Assembly (NCBI RefSeq): GCF_009914755.1
Contig: NC_060928.1
Source of the DNA: the human T2T-CHM13v2.0 reference genome, Homo sapiens
Strand: one strand, 5' to 3'
DNA length: 64,000 bases
The position numbers and the translations under genes are program-made. Every line of letters starts with the position of its first letter. Position 1 is the stretch's first letter. Of the stretch, positions 1 through 16,528 are shown piece after piece. Below the pieces are notes generated by a model, which was not told the origin of the DNA, searched no databases, and saw only the letters and a list, made by a program, of their open reading frames with translations.

Positions 1-1420
1 CTGTCCTCACATTTCAAAACCAATCATTGCCTTCCCAACAACTCCCCCAAAGTTTTAACTCATTTCAGCATCAACTCAAAAGTCCATAGTCTAACATCCC
101 ATCTGAGACAAAGCAAGTCCCTTCTGCCTATGAGTCTGTAAAATCAAAAGCAAGTTAGTTACTTCCTAGATACAATGGAGGTATAGGTATTGGGTAAACA
201 TGTCTCGCATTCCGGTCATGCTGATGCAAGAGTTAGGTTCCCATGGTCTTGGGCAGCTTCGCCTCTGTGGCTTTGCAGGGTACAGCCTCCCTCCTGGCTG
301 CTTTCATGAGCTGGTGTTGAGTGTCTGCAGCTTTTCCAGGTACACAGTGCAAGCTGTCAGTGGATCTACTATTCTGGGGTCTGGAGGACAGTGGCCCTCT
401 TCTTATAGCTCCACTAGGCAGTGCCCCAGTAGGAACTCAGTGTGGGAGCTCCAACCGCACATTTCCCTTCTGCACTGCCCTAGCAGAGGTTCTCCATGAG
501 AGCCCTCCCCCTGCAGCAAACTTCTGCCTGGGCATCCAGACATTTCCATACATCTAGGCAGAGGTTCTCAAACCTCAGTTCTTGACTTCTGTGTACTCTC
601 AGGCTCAACACCATGTGGAAGCTGCCAGGACTTGGGCTTGCACCCTCTAAAGCCATGGCCCGAGTTGTACCTTGGCTTCTTTTAGTCATGGCTGGAGTAG
701 CTGGGACACAGGGCATCAAGTCCCTAGACTGCACACAGCATGGGGACCCTAGGCCTGGCCTAAGAAAACATTTTTTTCCTCCTAGGCCTTCAGGCCTGTG
801 ATGGGAGGGGATGCTTTGAAGACCTCTGACATGCCCTGGAGACATTTTCCCCATTGTCTTGGTGATAAACATTCGGCTCCATGTTACTTATGCAAATTTC
901 TACAGCCGGTTTGAATTTCTCCTCAGAAAATGGGATTTTCTTTTCTATTACATTGTAAGGCTGCAAATCTTCCAAACTTTTATACTCCCCTTATAAAACT
1001 GAATGCCTTTAACAGCACCCAAGTCACCTCTTGAATGCTTTGCTGCTTAGAAATTTCTTCTGCCAGATACCCTAAATCATCTCTCTCTCAAGTTCAAAGT
1101 TCCACAAATCTCTAGGGCAGAGGCAAAATGACACCAGTCTCTTTGCTAAAATATAACAAGTCACATTTGCTCCAGTTCCCAACAAGTTCCTCATCTCCAT
1201 CTGAGACCACCTCAGCCTGGATTTCATTGTCCATATTATTATCAGCATTTTGGTCAAAGCCATTCAACAAGTCTCTAGGGAGTTCCAAACTTTCCCACAT
1301 TTTCCTGTCTTCTTCTGAGCCCTCCAAACTGTTCCAGCCTCTGCCTGTTACCAGTTCCAAAGTTGCTTCCACATTTTTGGGTATCTTTTCAGTAGTACTG
1401 CACTTCTGGTACCAATTTAT
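1..1420 (-). mobile_element. THE1 (ERVL-MaLR) internal sequence, continues left of window
   Basis: Resembles THE1-int consensus (reverse) and abuts the THE1 LTR. Confidence 0.85.
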
Positions 1421-1789
1421 TGTATTAGTCCATTTTCATGCTGCTGATAAAGACATACCCAAGCCTGGGCAATTTACAAAAGAAAGAGGTTTAATGGACT
1501 TACAGTTCCACATGGCTGGGGAGGCCTCACAATCATGGTGGAAGACAAGGAGGAGCAAGTCACATCTAACATGGATGGCAGCAGGCAAAAAGAGAGCTTG
1601 TGCAGGGAAACTCCCATTTTTAAAACAATCAGATCTCATAAAATTCATTCACCATCATAAGAACGGCACAGGAAAGACCCACCCCCATAATTCAATCACC
1701 TCCCACCCAGTTCCTCTCATGACATGAGGGAATTGTGGGAGTTACAATTCAAGATGAGTTTTGGGTGGGGACACAGCCAAACCATATCA
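1421..1789 (-). mobile_element. THE1 LTR (THE1C-like), 5' LTR of the element
   Basis: Reverse complement reads TGATATGGTTTGGCTGTGTCCCCACCC...GACTAATACA with TG...CA termini. Confidence 0.9.
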
Positions 1790-1939
1790 CTGGGACTGCC
1801 TCCTTCAGAAACCTGTGTAATTTTAAATTTGTAACATTCAGCACTGATCACATGAAACAGAATGGGGTGGGTATAACAATCATCATTTTTGTCTATAAAG
1901 AGGAATGATGAATAGAGAAAACACAGGCCCAGGCGGATT

Positions 1940-2090
1940 CTGAGTACAGTCCTGCTGTCCTACTAACTAATTAGCTTGCAACTTTGGGCAAGTTCCTTTA
2001 CCTCTCTGGATATTTTTCCTTAATTGAAAAATAGGAATAATAATCATTTTCTCTTCCTCATAGGGTCATGATGAGTACTGAGGTGATATA
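1940..2090. mobile_element. MIR fragment
   Basis: actttgggcaagttcctttacctctctg...aaaataggaataataat core-like text. Confidence 0.55.
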
Positions 2091-3804
2091 TGAGTATGAC
2101 CTTTTTAAAAATTATAAATTTCTATAAAATATTATTACTGACAAGTATCAGTGGATGGCTACTTTGTACAGAAATGTGATCCTGGAGGCAGATTTACAAA
2201 ACAAGGGTAAAGATAAGTTCCAGCCCATGAGGAATTTATTGTCTATTTGGTTATATGACAAAAATACATAATACAATTAGTGATCAAAACAATATCAACT
2301 TATGCATTTATTGAATAATCCATCAATCTGTATCATCATCCATCCATCCATTCCATTAAACACAGATATGATGAACACTGAATTGTGGGTTAAAGTTAGA
2401 AAACAGAAGAGTAATTAATATGGAGGGTAGGGCATGAGGGAGCCAATGGATCTCATCTGTCTCCTTTTGAAATCCTAAACTAATTTAGAAATACACTGGA
2501 ATCAGAAAGGGATCCAGATATCCCTTGCACTAAGGGTAAAACCAGACGGCAGAATGCCACTTGAACCCAAGACCAGATGGTTTCCTATTCCATTTCTCAC
2601 GAATTAGGTTCCCCATCTAGACATAAGCTAAGCGGCTCTGGTGTATTTACCAGGTGGAATGCCAAGCAGACCATGCAGGCCAGTGAACAACCTCTCCTTG
2701 GAGACAGCTAAGACAGGACAGCTAGGGGCCACTGCTTAGCTTTGCAGGTAACCTGGACTAAGGAACTTGGGCTCCAGCTGACTCTCCAGTCAGACATGTC
2801 CTTCCTTCTCTCTTGGGAAGCAGCCAGTAGGACTGGAAGGGTGGGTAGAGAAGGACAGATGGTTTCCTTTCAATACTTTTGAGAAGCAAAATCTTCCTAT
2901 CATACAAGCAGAAATAGGAAAGTCAAGAAAGAAGAGTTCTACTGACAGGGGCTTGTCATAAAGCATCACAGAGCAAAGGAAGTTAGAGAAGGAAGAAGTC
3001 CAAAGGGGCTGACATCTTCCAAGGGCATTTATTGGAGGGCTATGTTTTGAACACAACAAAACATGAAGAATGTCTTAGACTGCACAAGAAAGAAGCAAAG
3101 GGGATTAAGTTAAATGGAGGAGATATTATATCTATCTGTTATTCCATAACAGGTCACCTACTAAGTTTATTGTTGAATTGTATACCTCAGTCTTTTTTAA
3201 AAATGTAATTATTGTAACCTTCCAATTATTCAAAACACAGTGCTTTTCTTTCACAATTAACATTTTTATCATTGTATTTATTTACTTTAACCTTTTCCTT
3301 CATTTATTCAGTCTGTCTCTTGCCAAAAATAGCTTTTCCATTATTCCATGAAATAGGCTTGCCTTTAAGAAAAAAAAAATTAAATGCCTACAGCCTCTAT
3401 TTTCAGTCTTACTTCCAAACAGACTTTCCACCTAGGAGTTTCTGGCATGATGCAAGAGCAAGGCAATAGGTCGGCAGGCGAAGATTGTTTTGCTCATGTA
3501 CTGTTAATCCATTTTCTTTCTCCTCTCTGGCTATGCTGAAAGTGACTTAGGGACCAGAACTGGATTACAGTCTTCTACTTAGCAGTGTGCCTGGCACATA
3601 GAAATACCTCAATAAAAGCGCAAATTGAATGTCATTAAAATGACTTTGCTGCGTGTATTAAAAGAAATTCCTTCTTTTCTATGCCTATCTCTGACTCAGC
3701 TGTCTATCCTGCAAAATACTAGCTTTCCTTAGGTTCTGGTTTAGTCCTGGCATCCACATAATGGAAAACCAAGTCAGAGTGCCAAATCAAAAGTTGGCAA
3801 TTAC

Positions 3805-4117
3805 AGCTAGGAGCAGGGGCTCACACCTGTAATCCCAAAGCTTTGTGAGGCTAATGTGGGAGGTTTGCTTGAGGCCATGAATTTGAGAACAGCCTGGACA
3901 ACATAGTGAGACCCCCCTACCTCTACAAAAAATAAAAAGGTAACCAGACATGGTGGCACATGCCTGTGGTCCCAGCTACTCAGGAGGCTGAAGCAGGAGG
4001 ATCACTTGAGCCCAGGAGCTCAAGGTTGTAGTGAGCTATTATCACACCACTGCACGCCAGCTTGGTTGACAGAGCGAGACCTTGTCTCTAAAAAATACAT
4101 GCATACATGCATACATA
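3805..4117 (+). mobile_element. AluJ-like element with (TACA)n microsatellite in the tail
   Basis: Dimeric Alu; flanking caaaagttggca repeats as probable TSD. Confidence 0.9.
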
Positions 4118-4707
4118 CATACATACAAGGAAAAATGTTAAGAAAACAAAAGTTGGCATTTCCTTGGGCCCTTAACAGAGCCTTGATGAATTTATGCCTC
4201 AGAGCGCTTGGATCTGATGCTAACTTCACCCGGCAGGATCGACCAACACTGATCACCCGTTTGAGTCAAGCCCAGTTGTTCTTTGGTTAGAAATACTATG
4301 CTATTGACTCAAATGATGGATCATGCGCCCTCCTATTAGAGAATTTAAGAGTTTTATTTAGAAGGGAGTTGGTATTCAGCCCTGCCTTTTTGAATGTTTT
4401 TTTTTTTAATTACAGAGGGGGAAAAGGGTAGTTTTTAAAAGTGAAATATTCTGTTCCTAATATTGTCTCAATATTAGGATGTTCTTAAATTGAGATGAGA
4501 CAATTAAAGACAGAAAAATGCAAAAAGGAATTAGCTGTCATGCAAAGAAAAACTGTTAAACTTCCAATAAGAAAGAATACAATTTAATACATCTTAAGAA
4601 GTAATTAGTGCAAAAGTAAAAAATTAAAATGCTAGATAGGACATTGCAGGTAAAACATAAACAATATAAAATGCAGTTTGCCTAATCATGATAGCAAAGT
4701 AGGGTTA

Positions 4708-5016
<309 letters not shown>

Positions 5017-6019
5017 GTTGTTGAAAAGCAGTACAAACATCCCTCTTCCTTCTCTCTCTTTCCTTTGTCCTTCCTTCCTTCCTTCCTTCCTTTTTTATTA
5101 CTTCCATCCTTAACTAAAAAATACTTAACTAAAAGTCTACTATATTCTTAGCTGTGCTAAATTCTGGGAATACAGAGGGAGCAATCTTAGCTTGGCCATA
5201 GAGAGACTTTGTGCCTTGGCTGGAAAGACAGAAATGGAAGCAGGTGTTAAAGGCCCTGCAATGTGCAGGAGCCTCCCTTTTTCAGAACTGCATACCCACT
5301 GGAGGACTGTGTCATGATTCCAAGCTCCCGCAGAGGTACCACTAGATAAAACTGTCACTTTCCCATCATTGTTCTCACCAGTTTTTCACCAAAGCATTGT
5401 TAATCTGCTGCGTTCTAAGCACTTCACTACACAAGACTCTCTTGGTTGCATATGACAGAAACCCATCACAAACTAGCTTAAGCAAAGAGGGAACTTAGTG
5501 GCTCAAAAAACTGGAAAGGATCTGGGAATAAATCATAAAATGAAGGAGAACCTTTAGGAAACAAGGTCTCAGGGGCTAGGACCAGGGATTTGATGCCGGC
5601 AGGCCTCTCTTCCACCCCTCTTTTCTCTGATTCTTCTTGAATACTGGTGGGCCTCATTCTCTGCAATTGCAGGCATGACAGAATTCTCTACACATAAGGG
5701 GATGTGTCCTTTGATAGCCTAAGCTTAACAACTCCAGAAGGAAAGAATCATATTTTTCCCCACAGTTCACATTATCAATACCAAAAAATAAACTCTAGTC
5801 AGTGGCAAGTGGATCATTATCCACTAACCTCATGTCCAGAAAACATGGCATGTTTCCAGAAGACGGGAAAGGAGAAATCTTCCCAGGGAAGACCAGAATA
5901 ATAATTCTAGAATCTACTGCAGGCTCTGAGGTGGACCCAGACTTTGTTGCTATTATTTTTTCAGGGCAAATGTAGAAACTTGTATTTTAAACTTACCAAT
6001 GATTATTAATTTTCTGTAC

Positions 6020-6317
6020 ATTTTTGTTTGTTTGTTTTGAGACACAGCCTCGCTCTGTTGCCCAGGCTGGAGTGCAGTGGTGTAATCTCGGCTCACTGCA
6101 ACCTCCGCCTCCTGGGTTCAAGCAATTCTCTGCCTCAACCTCCCGAGTAGCTGGGATTATAGGCACCCGCCACCAAACCCGGCTAACTTTTGTATTTTTA
6201 GTAGAGACGGGATTTCACCATCTTGGCCAGGCTGGTCTTGAATTCCTGACCTCGTGATCCACCCGCCTTGGCCTCCCAAAGGGCTGGGATTACAGGCATG
6301 AGCCACTGCACTCGGCC
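6020..6317 (-). mobile_element. AluS
   Basis: T-rich lead followed by antisense Alu consensus. Confidence 0.93.
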
Positions 6318-6334
6318 TTCTGTAAAATTTTTAA

Positions 6335-6682
<348 letters not shown>

Positions 6683-6789
6683 TCAATAGATAATCCATAT
6701 TCATCACCTCTTAGCATTTCAGTTTTCAGTTGAAGACTAAAAAATCAAATCAATTTTAAAGTTAAAATATACTCTAAATATTATCCCTC

Positions 6790-7813
6790 CTTGGGAGTAA
6801 TTGTTGCTATTGTGTTTATGATAGTCATCAATAAATAAGAAAGGAAAACAGACGCAACAAAAAGAAAGACAAGGAACTAGGTGTCTTTCTCCCTAATAGG
6901 AAGAGAGTTGAGGTCTTTTGATCCAGTTAGCCCAATGACTACTAAGTGTCCTGAAACACTTTTACACTTGCTTGAGCTGAGTCTAAGGCAGAGACCACTA
7001 GCAGGTTTTGGAACTTAGGCTAATGCAGATTTGTGGAAGGAGATGCAAAGTACAGGTGACCTAAGTTGCATTACAAGTAAATAGAACCACTCTACCCACG
7101 TTATTTACTCATACCAAGAAGCGTACAAGATGGAACCTGAGAGCCACACCCTGAGTGATCTCATAACTCTGGAACCCCATAGGTAAGAGGCAAGGCAAAG
7201 CAAGAATGAGCAGCTGCAAAGCAATTAGAGAGGAATTTTCCATTATGTCTGTGGTTTGAAGTCTAGTTGTACATGTATTTGTGAGGTGGAAATTTTTAAT
7301 TAATCCAGGTAATCTGGGTTATAAAACACAGAGTGGTCACATGGAGATTAAAAACTTCGAATACTAATGCAGTTTATAATTGAATACTTATACCTGAATG
7401 AAAGAGAAAAAAAAAATGGCCCTCCATTGTTGCAGTCTGAAGTGTAGGGATATTAATGACCAGATCTGATCTCTGAAAGGCCACCCAGGGCTTTCATAAG
7501 ATACAAAAGACCAGTGGAAGCTGATCCATGTCCCAGTGGTTTTTCCTTCTATAAATCCAAGTGAAGATTCTTGGAAGAAATTGTTGTTACTGTGTTCATA
7601 ATAGTTCTCGATATATAAGAAAGGGAACAGATACAACAAAGAGAAAAGGAACTAGAGGTCTTTCTCTCTAATAGTATGGGAGTTGTGGTCTTTTGGGCAG
7701 TCTAGCCCAGTGGCTGCAAGGAGTCCTGGAAGCTTTTTATACTTGGTTGGGCTAAGCAAAAAGCAGAGACCACCAGCAATTATTGGAATGTGGGGTAATG
7801 CAGATTTGGGAAA
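6790..7813. repeat. Old diverged direct repeat, about 250 bp x2 (about 6790-7038 and 7570-7813)
   Basis: Colinear blocks at about 780 offset, e.g. aattgttg, aaggaactag, gcagagaccac, taatgcagatttg. Confidence 0.8.
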
Positions 7814-9218
7814 TACAGCATATTCCAGAAAGTACTGCAATATAGTCAATTCATCCTGATTTGAGCCTAAAATATTTGTAAGCACATTCCAGTTTTCAAG
7901 GGCATTTTTAAAATAAAACAATCTGTTCAAAACTTATAATCATAGGACTCTAATGCTGGAATCCCCTCTTCTGGGCTGGGCTTCCTACCTCCCTCTGCAC
8001 ATCCCAGACTTCATGCTTTTAGATCCTAGGGCTGTCTTCCCTTCTAAATTGATTGCTGCTTGAAGACAGGCTGTATCACACTGTAGACATCCATTAATCT
8101 TTGTTGAGTAAATGAGATGATGCGTGTGAAATGCCTGATATGATACCTAGTGATCTACGAAATGCTAATTTAATCTTTTTCCTTAGCCTCCTATTTCTAC
8201 ACATGAAAAATTAGAGGCCCAGAGATGTATAGTGACTTGCCCAAGGTCTCAGAGCAAGTTCAAGGTAGAGCCAGGCCTAGAATCCAAGTCTCCTAGCCCA
8301 GATCTAGCATGTTTACATAACACCATGCAAAAGAATTAAATGAAGAGTTTGCTGAACATGTTACCCATAATTTAGGGAGAATAAAAGCTTCTTTTCTGAT
8401 TAGAATTTTTACACTTTTCCTTTAAGCTCATGATTTGTAAATAATTCACTTATGCCACATTATCATTATCATACATTATCATTTTCTAGATAAATAGCTC
8501 ATCTCTGCAAAAAGGAAGGATCAAGTGATGTCTCAACCACCATATCCTTACTATAGTCAGTCTTTATAATGAGAAAAAATAAAGGCACAAAATCAAAGAT
8601 GTCTCCTCTCCACCCTTGAGCTCCCACCCACAGTAGCTGTAGTAATCAAAGTAAATATCTTGAGGATTTTAAGGAAGAAAAGCAAAGAGATGTATCTGAT
8701 ACATTATATACCAAACGATCCAAGACATTCCTATTGGAGACTTCTGTTTCTGTTTTCTACACACTTGGCTCAGCTGCACAGCCCCCACTCTTATTTTGCA
8801 AACCAACATCCCTCCTCCCCATGAAGACTGAGTGCCAGCATGATGCTCAGTTAGGTAGATGTCCCTTGCTGCTATCTACAAAATGAAGCCTTCTCCACAT
8901 GTTTTAAAATGTAAATACATGGGGTATGTCCAGGATCCAAATAATGATCGGTTTGAACTAGAATCTATGCTCCTCCCAGTAAAAGAATTTCAAGGTCACC
9001 AGCTACAAAACCCAAGATTCCAAGAAACAAGGTAGTCTGCATGAAAAAGATTAGAACTACAACTTAGGCAAGTAATGAAACCTAAAAGACTTAGGAAAGC
9101 AAGATTGAAATGGTTTCTTTTCTAACTCCCAGTCTTTCATTTTGCTGTTCAAATATTCAAAAAAGAGCTGGCCTCTAAAACCTGGAAATAAGTAATCAAG
9201 CATTTTTCACCTGACTAG

Positions 9219-9602
<384 letters not shown>

Positions 9603-10457
9603 TGAAAATTTCTAACAGCAAAATGTTCATGCCCCTCTTTCACATGTTTCCTCGGTTTAGGATGTGTGATACATTATCCAGCTAGAGACAAAAGGGAAAG
9701 ATAGAGTTGGTATACATGTGATGTGTACAAATTTATTGGCACACACTCGCCCTAAACAGAAGACTTTCTGTAAACAGTACAGCACCCACCAGAAGTGGGT
9801 GTTAGGTGGAAGATATGTGGCTATTACTTGCTTCCGTGATCTCAGAACCTGAGAAAATTGGTGGCTTGAGAATATCTGTCCTTAGAAACATTCTCATCTT
9901 GATATTTATTACCCCATCGTGTAGCACTTAAACACAAGTCAGTGTTTCAACTGATGCTCAAAGGAATGGCTAAGCATTTGGATTTATTCCCAATGTGACA
10001 CTATCCCATGGGATTTTTGTGGGTAATTTTGACTATAGGCAATTTTGGTCTCACGCCCTGACTTTAAAACCTTACTGCCCAAAGAAGAGATAACTTCACA
10101 ATATCTCGTTTTACGAGTCTGTAATTTTATAGTTTCTTTATATCACAAGAATACCATCATATGTCCTGGACCCAGACAAACATGCTTTTAGCTTTGGAAG
10201 AAAACTTGGTTCTAAGATATACACATAAAAGTAATATTTTCATAAGCAGCTTGATTTTCTGGGCCATGGAACAAGGATGGACATACACTATGCTTTACTA
10301 ATCCAGTTTCTTCAAGAACAGATGAAACAGTTCTCCATCATAATTCATTTATGTGAAAGTCTGGAGACAGCCAGATGCTTGAACATCCGTTCCATTCACA
10401 GACTGATGGCACCATTTTGCCCAGGAGAAGTGGGTGGGTCCAGTTGCACTGCAGTAG

Positions 10458-10610
<153 letters not shown>

Positions 10611-10673
10611 TGAGTAAAGTTTGTTAAGTGTAACTACTTTTTTTCCCGTTAGATGTGCACTTGTTAGAGTTTA

Positions 10674-11374
<701 letters not shown>

Positions 11375-11699
11375 TCATATCTGCAGGTATCAACATGGAT
11401 AAGGAATCATATCATGTATACCATTCTGCAACTTGCTTCTTTATATACAATGCATCTTAGACATTTTCCTGTTACAGTGCATGTAGATTTATATCATGCT
11501 TTAAAGGCTGGAATTATGTAGATTTATTGTAGTTTGTATAATTCTCAACTGATACGCATTTGCATTTCTATTCTATTTTTTATTATTTAAATTCTACTGT
11601 AATTCTACTGTAATTTAAATTCCTAAATATTATATTTGTGTACCTGTATGAGTACTTCCACAGAACAAATCCTTAGAACAGGAAATAATAAATCGAGGC

Positions 11700-12152
<453 letters not shown>

Positions 12153-13834
12153 AGAGGCATTTCAATGTATACTTTTCTTTTTGCAATTTAGCTATGAGTT
12201 GGAAATTCTTCCAGCAAAGTAGAAATTAGTGAAGTTTGTAACCTATAATTGCAAAAATATGGAGTATATTTTTAAATAAAAATTATTTTTTATATTAAAA
12301 GGAAAACATATTGCAGTCTCCTTGTGAGAATAATTTTTGTTTTGGCATACATTAAGAAAAAAGTGACAAAAAGCTATTCTGAAAGCAATTGTGATTTTAT
12401 ATGGAACTGTCTTTATTGGTCACTATTTGAAAAACATCAGAAATACGTGTGAGATCTAGAGACAATGCCCAGCAGAGTCATGGACAGCAGACCCATTACA
12501 ATAATTCTGTGCCCTTGGAGATGAAAGTCTTTGAGATTTAGCATTTCTGACCCAGTAAAAGAGATTTCCATCCCTTGCTGACTTTTCACTAGGTGGTAAA
12601 ACAATTTCTAAGCAGATGGTCTATTGCTGGATGTTTCATCACATGGATCCATTTCCTCAAGCCCCCTGGGATCTGATCAGCCACCCCCGAGAACTCCCCA
12701 CCTCAAGCATCTGCTGAGCCCTCCACTGGTGCAGTTAACCCGGGCCAGCACCATAAAGCATTTTCCATTTTATTTTCCATAGCGGCATCATGACTACATT
12801 CCTTATCCTCTGAACGGAAACCAGGATGTAGAAGGAAGAAAACATGAATGGTCATGCAACATAGGAATATTTTACTTAACCTCTCTGTAGGGTCTTTGCC
12901 CTCAGATGTGCTCAGTCTTGAACACATAAAAATTCTATGACCCCAAGTCCCCATCCAGCTACTACTTTATCTCTATATTTCCTTTAACAGCCAAACACCA
13001 GGAAAACATTTGCTATTCATACTATCTCCGCTCTCTCCCATTTCCAAACCATCCTATCTCACTCCTGTGCCCAACTTTCCTCTGAAGCAAATCTTGCCAC
13101 AGCCCCTGGGGACCTCCACCTGGGAAAGTGGAATGGAACCTCTCAGCCTGCTCAGTGCTTGAACGCAGACACCATCCCCACGCATTGCCTGTCAGGACAG
13201 CCTGCATCTCCACACACCACCCTGTCCTGGGTGTCCTCGTCCCTTTCCAGCCATTTGTCCTTCTCATCATTCTTTGACCATCATTCTCCTCTGTCCAGCT
13301 TATACGTGTTCCGAGTCTCAGGTGTTACTGTTGTTTTCTTTTTACCCCCTTTTTTAAATTGCATTTTCTCCTGAAATGAATCCACTTTGTGGCTTTAAAC
13401 ATCACCCAGATGCCAGTGGCTCCCAAAGTTTCATTTCTGAGCAGGAGTCCACTGCACCGTCCAGACCCCATCGATATCAGATTTCAGAAGACTGTTCCTG
13501 ACTCCCTAATCAAAATTGCCTTTCCCTCTTCCTCCCCAGCTCTGGTCACAAATTTTAATTAAATATTATTTTGTAATTTTCTGCTTCTTTAGCTCGTATG
13601 CAAATTTTTCTTGCTAAGAGCTCTTTTTAGCATTTCTGGGAAACTATCTTTTTTTTAGATACTAAAAAAGAAAGTAGAAAATATATCAGAAAGCCTGAAG
13701 ATGTCATGTAACTCAGTAAAATAATTTTATATTGTGGTTTTTAAAACTGAAGCAGGGGTGATAACAGCTAAAGGCATAGGAGACGAACTGACCACCTGAT
13801 GGTGACAGATAAGATTTGTAGGCCTCTTACTTGG

Positions 13835-14040
13835 TATCGGGCAAGGTTCTAAGCACATTATGCGGATTAGCTCATTAACTCCTCCAAGCAACCCAGTGCA
13901 GTCAACTCCTACCATACCCATTTTACAGATGTGAGCCAGCAAAGGGAAGTAGCTTACCCAATCCAGCTAGTAAATAGTAGAGCCAAGATTCAAACCTGTG
14001 TAGTCTGGTTGCAACAACTGCACCCTTAACCACAATGCTT
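13835..14040. mobile_element. MIR
   Basis: ccccattttacagatg...aagattcaaacc...cccttaaccac MIR core. Confidence 0.65.
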
Positions 14041-15036
14041 TACTGGTCCTCAAAGAGAATATTTCTTATTCTAGTTTGTTGCTTTTTTGCTTTTCTAAGG
14101 GCTTCAGAAAGTCCTAGATCTTGACTACCTAACCACTATCATTTTCTGCCATCTTCCTTTTCTACAGCTACCAGTTGATCTACTAGAAACCTAGACCCCC
14201 TTATTTCTCTGTACCACTAAGTCATCACACGTACAACCTCCAGACTTAGGCCTGCCTTCTGGAGGTCATGAGGTGCTAATTTGTGAAATGCTACATCCTT
14301 GGTTCCTCATGATACTTTCTTAGACAAACCTCACACTGATATCATTTATGTATGTGTCCGTCCCCTGAGCTAAACTATAAACTCCCTGAGGATGGACATA
14401 TGGAGATATCTTCTGTCTCTTAGACACTTCTAAATCCCGTGGAATGACTCATGGCACTTGTTCAAAAATTTAGTAATTGTCTCATTATGCAACAAAATGC
14501 ATTTGGTATCTAAACATGGCTATCATTTGTAAAAAGAACTTAAAGTAAGGTATTAAATAAAGATGAAACCATTTGCAAATGATGCCTCTTCAGATCAAGC
14601 CAAAAATATTGGTAATCTAGTGAATATTGAAAATCTCCAAGGCATGCAATAACAATACTTCATCTCCTCAGTGTGGAACTTGTGATTTGTGTTAACACAG
14701 GAAGACTTTACATGTATTTGTTGCTAACTAGGACAGCAGCATACTTTGCTGTGTTTATAATAATTTAGTCCATGAGAACTGCCTTTGTTTTCTTACCTTC
14801 AAAGGTGACTATTTGTTGAAGGATGCATAGTTTTAATACAAATTTTTTAAGTACTTAAAGTCAGATCTGCCTAAAGAGAACAAAATCAAGTAAATCTCTC
14901 AAGACAGGTTGACATCCTATTGTCTTTACATTCACATTTGTATTTAGTTTTCTGTACTTGTTTCAAAATACGGTAGCTATCAAATTGAATATACAATCAC
15001 TGTAGCATTATTAATTTCTTTTGCAAACACACCTGA

Positions 15037-15216
<180 letters not shown>

Positions 15217-15229
15217 TAGGCTTTTTTGA

Positions 15230-16370
15230 AAAATTATTTTATTGGGCTATATCATACATTAAGAAAAATGTATAAAACATGGATACAGTTTTAAAAGTAA
15301 TTACAAACAAATATGCATGTAACCACTTCCCAGGTTAAGAAATAGAACATTGCGTACCTGAGCAGCCCCTCCCAAATAACATTCTCCTCAATCCCCAAAA
15401 TAACAACTACCTAGACTTTTGTGATCATTGTTTTCTTGCTTTTATACTTTTGCCAACTATGTGCAATCTCTAAGAATATATAGTTTAATATTGCCTGTAT
15501 TTGACTTATACATAACTGAAAGTATGTTGTGTGTATTCTTTAGGGAATACATACATGCTTCTTTTCTTCAGTACTGTGTTTGTGAGATTCATCTACTTGA
15601 CAGCACATAGCTGTAGTTAGATTTCTTTGCTTTACAATACTTCATTATATGAATATAGCCAAACTTGTCCATTTCTGTTGATGGGCATTTGAGTTTATTC
15701 CATTTTCAACTGTTACAGAAACCACTTCTGTACTTTTGGCATTTTTGTACTTGTCTTTTAGGGTACATGTGCCCAAGATTTCATTTCAACTTTACATTGC
15801 TGATTCCAAACGTATTCCAGAAGTTGTGCTGATTCATGCCTTCATGGGGGTTCTCGTAGGTGCTTATCACCCATATCATGCCTATCACTTGGTGGTGTTA
15901 ATTAACATTTTGCTGACCTGCTGACATGTTTTAATTTATATTTTCCTGACTATTCATGAAGGTGAGCATTTTTTCATACATGCATTGACTATTTGGATTT
16001 CCTCTTTTGTGAGGTGTCTCTTCAAGGCTTTGGTCACTTTTTGGACTGGATTATTTATCTTGTTATCTTTTTTGGTAATTTGTAGGCATTCTGCATATAA
16101 CATGGGAATTTGTTAGTGGTGTGTATTGCAGATATCCTCTCCTACTCATTAGTTGTCTTTTTACTCTCTTTTTGTTGCTTTTTGATGGATACAAATTCTT
16201 AACTTTAAAAAGATAAAATACATTAGTTTTTTCTTTTACTGTTGGTGCTTTTTAAATGCTTCCCCTGAGTCATATAGATATTCTATGATATTGTCTCCTA
16301 TAACCTTTATAATTTTAGCTTTCACATTTCATCTTTAATTTATTTGGAATTGACCTTCATTTGTGGTGTG
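15230..16370 (-). mobile_element. Old L1M fragment(s)
   Basis: Antisense L1M 3' text, e.g. gttgatgggcatttgag, tcctcttttgtgaggtgtctcttcaag. Confidence 0.6.
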
Positions 16371-16528
16371 GAGAAAGTAAGCTTTGATAATATTTCTGCT
16401 ACCTAATTCACTAGACTTTTATATATGCTTAAGAGTACAGCTTATCACAACAAGAGCATCTATGCTGCTGGTGTTGGTCCCTTTCTGATTGTTTCACCTG
16501 GATAAGTGTTGTACCCATATACTGACAC

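Noticed and set aside
200-1727. Cluster of ORFs up to 199 aa
   Set aside because: All lie in THE1 MaLR sequence; no recognisable protein domain.
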